Shown: positions 57,090 to 64,000 of the stretch, one piece after another
Position numbering within the stretch: the stretch's first letter is position 1
How the letters are laid out: the number at the start of each line of letters is the position of its first letter
Assembly: GCF_013122565.1 (NCBI RefSeq)
Contig: NZ_CP053258.1
Length of the DNA stretch: 64,000 nt
Reading direction: 5' to 3' (one strand)
Source: Escherichia coli
Lineage (GTDB): Bacteria > Pseudomonadota > Gammaproteobacteria > Enterobacterales > Enterobacteriaceae
The notes under the pieces: model-generated
The model's database searches: none
The model's input: the letters and a program-made list of their open reading frames with translations, nothing else
Told to the model about the DNA's origin: nothing
Position numbers and translations under genes: made by a program

Positions 57090-57277
57090 GCTTTCTTCTG
57101 TCCTGACGATCTTTATGAGTGATATCTGCGGCGCAGGTTAAGGCATTACGTCTGATTCGTCAAACCGACGTTACATATGATGTAAAGATAAATGTACAAT
57201 AAAAACATTCAGTCCTGCGCTGGCGCAAAGTCTTCATAAGCGGCAATCGGTACGCTAGGCTTTTTTGAGGAGGAACG

Positions 57278-57517
57278 ATGGACTCTATTCACGGTCACGA
57301 AGTGTTAAATATGATGATTGAATCAGGCGAGCAATATACGCATGCGAGTCTGGAAGCAGCGATTAAAGCGCGTTTCGGTGAACAGGCACGTTTTCACACC
57401 TGCTCGGCAGAAGGGATGACAGCGGGAGAGCTGGTAGCGTTTCTGGCAGCAAAAGGCAAATTTATACCTTCAGAAGAAGGTTTTTCGACCGATCAGAGTA
57501 AGATTTGCCGTCACTGA
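57278..57517 (+). CDS. yecH: Small protein YecH (79 aa)
   Basis: ORF MDSIHGHEVLNMMIESGEQYTHASLEAAIKARFGEQARFHTCSAEGM... Confidence 0.8.
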   Translation: MDSIHGHEVLNMMIESGEQYTHASLEAAIKARFGEQARFHTCSAEGMTAGELVAFLAAKGKFIPSEEGFSTDQSKICRH

Positions 57518-57553
57518 TTTGAAACGGCGGCAGAAACCTGCCGCCGGAGAGCA

Positions 57554-58051
57554 TTAGTTTTGTGTGTCGAGGGTAGAGAGTTCTTTGTCGATAAAATACA
57601 GACCTTCGCCGCTTTTGCCTGCCAGGCTTAATTTATCAATAATCGATTTGAACAGTTTCTCTTCTTCGTGCTGCTCAGAAACATACCATTGCAAGAAATT
57701 AAATGTTGGATAGTCCTGATTGGTCATTGCAGCATGAGCCAGTTCGTTAATTTTCTGCGTGATTAATTGTTCGTGTTTATAGGTTTCCTGGAATAATTCA
57801 TCAAGTGAGGAATATTCAGCAAACGGAGATTCAACGGTATTAATACGCGGTAAATTGCCGGTATCAGTCAGGTAATCAAACAGACGCTGCATATGTGTCA
57901 TCTCTTCCTGGGCGTGGCGGCGCAGGAACGCGGCAGCACCTTCGAAGGTATGATAGCTGCACCAGGCGCTCATTTGCTGATAAAGCAGTGAAGAGTACAG
58001 TTCCAGGTTCATCTGCTCATTAAGTTTTTCAATCATTTCTGGTTTCAGCAT
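57554..58051 (-). CDS. ftnA: Ferritin FtnA (165 aa)
   Basis: ORF 57554..58066 contains [31 protein letters not shown]...; start set at ATG 58051. Confidence 0.9.
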
Positions 58052-58222
58052 GATAGTGCTCCACAAAGGTTATATTTGTTGCTGTGGCGTCACTATAATT
58101 TGTTATTTTATTATTTGCAAAAGGTAAAATATAAACTTCAATTATTAAAAATACGAATGGGAATAAAACGCATTACCGCTATTTATTTAATCAGCGAAGA
58201 TCCCCCTCGCTGATTAAAACAT

Positions 58223-58546
58223 TTAGAGAAAGACAGGGAAGGCGGAATGATGGCACTGATATGACAAAGTGAATTCCGTATTCAAACATAAGGAACCCGC
58301 AAAGAGGCTACAGTTGCCTACTGGCTGACCAAAGGGGATAGCGTGGGTATAGCCTTCCTGCTGGCATGCGCGATCGGCGATCCCGCGACTGACATAACGA
58401 TCGGTATGGGCATGCTGCAAAAAAGCCTGGTCATAAACCAACCGTACAATACCTGTTGCCGCGTCAACTTCGCTCACATGGGCCTGGCGAGTAACCGTAC
58501 ACCCCGCCAGCGTTATTAATGAAAGAGTCAGAATCAGAAGTCTCAT
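58223..58546 (-). CDS. yecR: Lipoprotein YecR
   Basis: 107-aa ORF MRLLILTLSLITLAGCTVTRQ... (lipobox LAGC). Confidence 0.8.
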   Translation of the reverse strand: MRLLILTLSLITLAGCTVTRQAHVSEVDAATGIVRLVYDQAFLQHAHTDRYVSRGIADRACQQEGYTHAIPFGQPVGNCSLFAGSLCLNTEFTLSYQCHHSAFPVFL

Positions 58547-58711
58547 GGTCCAGCCAGAAGAGTAAGAGAAAGCACTATTTTACGCGTTACAGCGCTGCGA
58601 CAATGGCCGGAAAAGACGCCTGGCAGGCGCTATTTCTTGCCATCTGTAGGTGTCAGAAATAGGGGGGCTGTTTTTTTGATTATCATTTTTATAACATTAA
58701 AGGGGTATTTA

Positions 58712-58727
58712 TGTGATTTGTATCACA
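58712..58727. promoter_or_regulatory. CRP-type palindrome TGTGA-N6-TCACA upstream of azuC
   Basis: TGTGATTTGTATCACA read directly, about 80 bp upstream of the azuC ATG. Confidence 0.45.
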
Positions 58728-58809
58728 TAAAGATTGATTTTTGTGATGGTTGTCATATTATAAGCGCAAAGACAATAACACCTGTATAACAAATGGTCGG
58801 AGTGCCGCG

Positions 58810-58896
58810 ATGAAACTGCGCAAGATCCTGAAAAGTATGTTCAATAACTATTGCAAGACGTTCAAAGACGTACCGCCTGGCAATATGTTCCGATAA
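58810..58896 (+). CDS. azuC: Small protein AzuC (28 aa), encoded on the dual-function AzuCR RNA
   Basis: Hand-translated ATG..TAA: MKLRKILKSMFNNYCKTFKDVPPGNMFR; immediately followed by a terminator. Confidence 0.8.
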   Translation: MKLRKILKSMFNNYCKTFKDVPPGNMFR

Positions 58897-58897
58897 C

Positions 58898-58926
58898 AAA
58901 AAACCTGCTCCGGCAGGTTTTTTTGT
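58898..58926 (+). terminator. Rho-independent terminator of the azuC transcript
   Basis: AAAACCTGC-TCCG-GCAGGTTTTTTTGT hairpin plus U-run directly after the azuC stop. Confidence 0.6.
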
Positions 58927-59010
58927 GTCCTGATGATGGTGGATGTGACTATCGCTGAAGATGTGAAGCCGCTACTATAACGGCTTTCAAAATGCTATCA
59001 GGAGTTTACG

Positions 59011-59262
59011 ATGTCCCAGCCGCTGAATGCCGATCAGGAACTGGTTTCTGATGTGGTTGCTTGCCAGTTGGTTATCAAACAAATTCTGGATGTTCTCGAT
59101 GTAATCGCGCCCGTTGAAGTTCGCGAAAAAATGTCCAGCCAGCTGAAGAATATCGACTTTACTCACCATCCCGCCGCCGCAGACCCGGTCACCATGCGGG
59201 CAATCCAAAAAGCCATCGCGCTGATTGAACTCAAGTTTACCCCACAGGGCGAATCCCATTAA
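59011..59262 (+). CDS. yecJ: Small protein YecJ (83 aa, DUF2766)
   Basis: [44 protein letters not shown]... Confidence 0.8.
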   Translation: MSQPLNADQELVSDVVACQLVIKQILDVLDVIAPVEVREKMSSQLKNIDFTHHPAAADPVTMRAIQKAIALIELKFTPQGESH

Positions 59263-59340
59263 AAAACCGCTGCTTCAAAAAGATGAGGCAGCGGTTTCTC
59301 AAAAACTTCATCGGCGCAATGCATTAGCGCCGATGTATGA

Positions 59341-59844
59341 TCAATGCAGCTGATGCGACACGACATTCAGAACATGTTGGTCGGTCTGCACAGGGCACAT
59401 ACCCGCAAGTTTCGCACTGCGCACCTCTTCAAGAATGGTTTGCAGCAACAGGCCATCATGCTGCTGTTCTTTTTCCAGATCGCGCAGGAAATTGACGGTT
59501 GAATCATCATTCAGTTCTTTCGCTTCATCGGCTAACTGCGCCAGCGTGCTTGAACGTTGCTCGTATTCTTCCATCGTTTTTTGGAACAGTTCTTCCAGAG
59601 AGTTCAGTTTTTCACCGGGAACATCAATGGCTTTAACGATGGGGGTAGCGCCGACACTCTTCATAAAGTTAAACATGCGCATCATTTGGGTCACATTACT
59701 CTGTGCCTGGGCGCGTAGGAAAGTGGCGGTGCCGTTCAGACTCTGTTCAGAACACCAGTTACTCAGGTGAAGGTAGAGATTGGATGCGTAAAACTCGCGG
59801 TTCATTTGAGAGTTGAGTTTGAGAAGCATTCCAGCGGTTGCCAT
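59341..59844 (-). CDS. ftnB: Ferritin-like protein FtnB
   Basis: 167-aa [51 protein letters not shown]... Confidence 0.88.
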   Translation of the reverse strand: MATAGMLLKLNSQMNREFYASNLYLHLSNWCSEQSLNGTATFLRAQAQSNVTQMMRMFNFMKSVGATPIVKAIDVPGEKLNSLEELFQKTMEEYEQRSSTLAQLADEAKELNDDSTVNFLRDLEKEQQHDGLLLQTILEEVRSAKLAGMCPVQTDQHVLNVVSHQLH

Positions 59845-60640
59845 ACCTAATATCCTTATATCCAGAAGTGGAGAGGTGCAAGATAAATCAAAGCACCATA
59901 ATTACTGTTTGCAGAATAATTCCTTTCTGCCGGTCCGAAATGTGATCGTGGAGTCAATTCTGACGATGATCTGAAATAAGAATAACGTGTGTACGGGTAT
60001 AAGAAAATCCTTAAATCATCAAGTTTATATTTTTTTACATTTCATTGATGAAATCAATGTAACTGCAATGAATTTTAATGATAGTGCTTTTTGTATCTTG
60101 TTGATATCAATCGATAGATTTAAATTCATGATGAAGCAATGATTTTATAAAACGTTTTTTCATTTTTGCGAGATGGCTCGCATTATATGTGTTCTGTTAA
60201 TTAATGAGCCCAGTGATAATTAATGGCGAAATGAATGACGCGCATTTCCCACATCTTTGAGTTGCGGTTATTACGCCATTTCAAAAGCTCAACGTCAGGT
60301 AATGCGGCCTATTGACTGGTTAAAAAGAAGACATCCCGCATGGGTACCAAAGACAACAAGGACTTCCAGGCTAATCTTATGGATTAATCTGCTGTGCACT
60401 CGACAATTTGTCTGACAAATAAGTATTTCCTTATGTCTTTTCCCGCTAAATTTATGCACGTTCTCACTGTAATTCTGCGATGTGATATTGCTCTCCTATG
60501 GAGAATTAATTTCTCGCTAAAACTATGTCAACACGGTCACTTATCTTTTAGTTAAAAGGTAATGCTTTGTTTTCCGATTAATTTAACGAAAGTCATTCGT
60601 TTTTGCCCTACACAAAACGACACTAAAGCTGGAGAGAACC

Positions 60641-61630
60641 ATGCACAAATTTACTAAAGCCCTGGCAGCCATTGGTCTGGCAGCCGTTATGTCACAATCC
60701 GCTATGGCGGAGAACCTGAAGCTCGGTTTCCTGGTGAAGCAACCGGAAGAGCCGTGGTTCCAGACCGAATGGAAGTTTGCCGATAAAGCCGGGAAGGATA
60801 TAGGGTTTGAGGTTATTAAGATTGCCGTGCCGGATGGCGAAAAAACATTGAACGCGATCGACAGCCTGGCTGCCAGTGGCGCAAAAGGTTTCGTTATTTG
60901 TACTCCGGACCCGAAACTCGGCTCTGCCATCGTGGCGAAAGCGCGTGGCTACGATATGAAAGTCATTGCCGTGGATGACCAGTTTGTTAACGCCAAAGGT
61001 AAGCCAATGGATACCGTTCCGTTGGTGATGATGGCTGCGACCAAAATTGGCGAACGTCAGGGCCAGGAACTGTATAAAGAGATGCAGAAACGGGGCTGGG
61101 ATGTCAAAGAAAGCGCGGTGATGGCGATTACCTCCAACGAACTGGATACGGCTCGTCGCCGTACTACGGGGTCTATGGATGCGCTGAAAGCTGCCGGATT
61201 CCCGGAAAAACAAATTTATCAGGTACCTACCAAATCTAACGACATCCCGGGGGCATTTGACGCTGCCAACTCAATGCTGGTTCAACATCCGGAAGTTAAA
61301 CATTGGCTGATCGTCGGTATGAACGACAGCACCGTACTGGGCGGCGTACGTGCAACCGAAGGTCAGGGCTTTAAAGCGGCCGATATCATCGGTATCGGTA
61401 TTAACGGTGTGGACGCAGTAAGCGAACTGTCTAAGGCACAGGCAACCGGCTTCTACGGTTCCCTGCTGCCAAGCCCGGATGTACATGGTTATAAGTCCAG
61501 CGAAATGCTTTACAACTGGGTAGCAAAAGGTGTTGAACCGACCAAATTCACCGAAGTTACCGACGTGGTGCTGATCACGCGTGACAACTTTAAAGAAGAA
61601 CTGGAGAAAAAAGGTTTAGGCGGTAAGTAA
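60641..61630 (+). CDS. araF: L-arabinose ABC transporter periplasmic binding protein AraF
   Basis: 329-aa ORF MHKFTKALAAIGLAAVMSQSAMAENLKLGFLVKQPEEPWFQTEWKFADKAG... Confidence 0.92.
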   Translation: MHKFTKALAAIGLAAVMSQSAMAENLKLGFLVKQPEEPWFQTEWKFADKAGKDIGFEVIKIAVPDGEKTLNAIDSLAASGAKGFVICTPDPKLGSAIVAKARGYDMKVIAVDDQFVNAKGKPMDTVPLVMMAATKIGERQGQELYKEMQKRGWDVKESAVMAITSNELDTARRRTTGSMDALKAAGFPEKQIYQVPTKSNDIPGAFDAANSMLVQHPEVKHWLIVGMNDSTVLGGVRATEGQGFKAADIIGIGINGVDAVSELSKAQATGFYGSLLPSPDVHGYKSSEMLYNWVAKGVEPTKFTEVTDVVLITRDNFKEELEKKGLGGK

Positions 61631-61645
61631 TTTGCCGGAAAAATT

Positions 61646-61668
61646 CCCCTCTGCATGATGCAGAGGGG
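61646..61668 (+). other. Intra-operon perfect stem-loop between araF and araG
   Basis: CCCCTCTGCAT-G-ATGCAGAGGGG perfect 11-bp inverted repeat 16 nt after the araF stop; no U-run follows, so not a classic terminator. Confidence 0.5.
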
Positions 61669-61699
61669 GTGTGAACGACCAGTGATTCACGGAGACGTT

Positions 61700-63214
61700 A
61701 TGCAACAGTCTACCCCGTATCTCTCATTTCGCGGCATCGGTAAAACGTTTCCCGGCGTTAAGGCGCTGACGGATATTAGTTTTGACTGCTATGCCGGTCA
61801 GGTTCATGCGTTGATGGGTGAAAATGGCGCAGGAAAATCAACTCTCTTAAAAATCCTCAGCGGCAACTATGCGCCAACCACGGGTTCTGTAGTGATTAAT
61901 GGGCAGGAAATGTCCTTTTCCGACACGACCGCAGCACTTAACGCGGGCGTGGCGATTATTTACCAGGAACTGCATCTCGTGCCGGAAATGACCGTCGCGG
62001 AAAACATCTATCTCGGCCAGCTGCCGCATAAAGGCGGCATTGTGAATCGCTCATTGCTGAATTATGAGGCGGGTTTACAACTTAAACATCTTGGTATGGA
62101 TATTGACCCGGACACGCCGCTGAAATATCTCTCCATTGGTCAGTGGCAGATGGTTGAAATCGCCAAAGCGCTGGCGCGTAACGCCAAAATTATCGCCTTT
62201 GATGAGCCAACCAGCTCCCTCTCTGCCCGTGAAATCGACAATCTTTTCCGCGTTATTCGTGAACTGCGAAAAGAGGGGCGGGTGATCTTATACGTTTCTC
62301 ACCGTATGGAAGAAATATTTGCCCTCAGCGATGCCATCACTGTCTTTAAAGATGGACGTTATGTCAAAACCTTTACCGATATGCAGCAGGTTGACCACGA
62401 CGCGCTGGTGCAGGCGATGGTCGGGCGCGACATTGGCGATATCTACGGCTGGCAACCGCGTAGTTATGGCGAGGAGCGCCTGCGTCTTGATGCTGTGAAA
62501 GCACCAGGCGTGCGTACGCCAATAAGTCTGGCGGTTCGCAGTGGTGAAATTGTTGGGCTGTTTGGTCTGGTAGGGGCGGGGCGTAGCGAATTAATGAAAG
62601 GCATGTTTGGCGGGACGCAAATAACCGCCGGTCAGGTTTATATCGACCAACAGCCGATCGATATTCGTAAACCGAGCCACGCCATTGCCGCAGGCATGAT
62701 GCTCTGCCCGGAAGATCGCAAAGCGGAAGGCATTATTCCCGTGCACTCCGTTCGCGACAATATCAACATCAGTGCCAGACGTAAACATGTGCTCGGCGGT
62801 TGTGTAATCAACAACGGTTGGGAAGAAAACAATGCCGATCACCACATTCGTTCTCTCAACATCAAAACGCCGGGCGCTGAGCAACTGATCATGAATCTCT
62901 CAGGCGGAAATCAGCAAAAAGCCATTCTGGGCCGCTGGTTATCGGAAGAGATGAAGGTCATTTTGCTGGATGAACCTACGCGCGGCATTGATGTTGGTGC
63001 TAAGCATGAAATTTACAACGTGATTTATGCGCTGGCGGCGCAGGGTGTGGCGGTGCTGTTTGCCTCCAGCGACTTACCTGAAGTCCTCGGCGTTGCCGAC
63101 CGGATTGTGGTGATGCGGGAAGGTGAAATCGCCGGTGAATTGTTACACGAGCAGGCAGATGAGCGTCAGGCACTGAGCCTTGCGATGCCTAAAGTCAGCC
63201 AGGCAGTTGCCTGA
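61700..63214 (+). CDS. araG: L-arabinose ABC transporter ATP-binding protein AraG (504 aa)
   Basis: ORF 61655..63214 contains [23 protein letters not shown]...; start set at ATG 61700; duplicated ABC cassette with Walker [10 protein letters not shown]. Confidence 0.9.
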
Positions 63215-63225
63215 GTAAGGAGAGT

Positions 63226-64000
63226 ATGATGTCTTCTGTTTCTACATCGGGGTCTGGCGCACCTAAGTCGTCATTCAGCTTCGGGCGTATCTGGGATCAG
63301 TACGGCATGCTGGTGGTGTTTGCGGTGCTTTTTATCGCCTGTGCCATTTTTGTCCCGAACTTTGCCACCTTCATTAATATGAAAGGGTTGGGCCTGGCAA
63401 TTTCCATGTCAGGGATGGTGGCGTGTGGCATGTTGTTCTGCCTTGCTTCCGGTGACTTTGACCTTTCTGTCGCCTCCGTAATTGCCTGTGCGGGTGTCAC
63501 CACGGCGGTGGTTATTAACCTGACTGAAAGCCTGTGGATTGGCGTGGCAGCGGGGTTGCTGCTGGGCGTTCTCTGTGGCCTGGTCAATGGCTTTGTTATC
63601 GCCAAACTGAAAATAAATGCTCTGATCACGACACTGGCAACGATGCAGATTGTTCGAGGTCTGGCGTACATCATTTCAGACGGTAAAGCGGTCGGTATCG
63701 AAGATGAAAGCTTCTTTGCCCTTGGTTACGCCAACTGGTTCGGTCTGCCTGCGCCAATCTGGCTCACCGTCGCGTGTCTGATTATCTTTGGTTTGTTGCT
63801 GAATAAAACCACCTTTGGTCGTAACACCCTGGCGATTGGCGGAAACGAAGAGGCTGCGCGTCTGGCGGGTGTACCGGTTGTTCGCACCAAAATTATTATC
63901 TTTGTTCTCTCTGGCCTGGTATCAGCGATAGCCGGAATTATTCTGGCTTCACGTATGACCAGTGGGCAGCCAATGACGTCGATTGGTTATGAGCTGATTG
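63226..64000 (+). CDS. araH: L-arabinose ABC transporter permease AraH, N-terminal part; the 3' end lies beyond the window end
   Basis: ATG at 63226 after GGAGAG RBS; hand translation M(M)SSVSTSGSGAPKSSFSFGRIWDQYGMLVVFAVLFIAC...; frame open to 64000. Confidence 0.85.
   Translation, partial: MMSSVSTSGSGAPKSSFSFGRIWDQYGMLVVFAVLFIACAIFVPNFATFINMKGLGLAISMSGMVACGMLFCLASGDFDLSVASVIACAGVTTAVVINLTESLWIGVAAGLLLGVLCGLVNGFVIAKLKINALITTLATMQIVRGLAYIISDGKAVGIEDESFFALGYANWFGLPAPIWLTVACLIIFGLLLNKTTFGRNTLAIGGNEEAARLAGVPVVRTKIIIFVLSGLVSAIAGIILASRMTSGQPMTSIGYELI

Overview
This window reads as a contiguous, syntenic stretch of an Escherichia coli chromosome (flagellar region III plus flanks), and I find no convincing undescribed system in it. 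Gene order is: yeeJ (partial) - asnT - mtfA - serU - yodB - zinT - msrQ/msrP - hiuH - hprR/hprS - hchA - yedS - yedR - yedJ - dcm/vsr - yedA - yedI - yodC - dgcQ - yedP - dsrA - yodD - dsrB - rcsA - fliRQPONMLKJIHGF / fliE - yedK - yedF - yedE - yedD - amyA - fliTSD / fliC - fliA - fliZ - tcyJ(fliY) - dcyD - tcyL - tcyN - sdiA - yecF - uvrY - uvrC - pgsA - glyW-cysT-leuZ - yecA - tyrP - yecH - ftnA - yecR - azuC - yecJ - ftnB - araF - araG - araH (partial). All calls come from reading the supplied ORF translations and the DNA itself against recalled protein and RNA sequences; no database search was run. Start codons were moved to internal ATG/GTG/TTG where the ORF track over-extends the recalled protein. 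There is no CRISPR array, no IS element, transposase or integrase, and no prophage. The non-canonical points are strain-level differences from my recollection of K-12 and some regulatory details: an apparently intact yedS porin, a short ORF-free yedK-fliE junction, a 447-aa flagellin allele, a CRP-type palindrome inside the long-start version of yedR, and a terminator consistent with the RseX sRNA. All are modest in interest.
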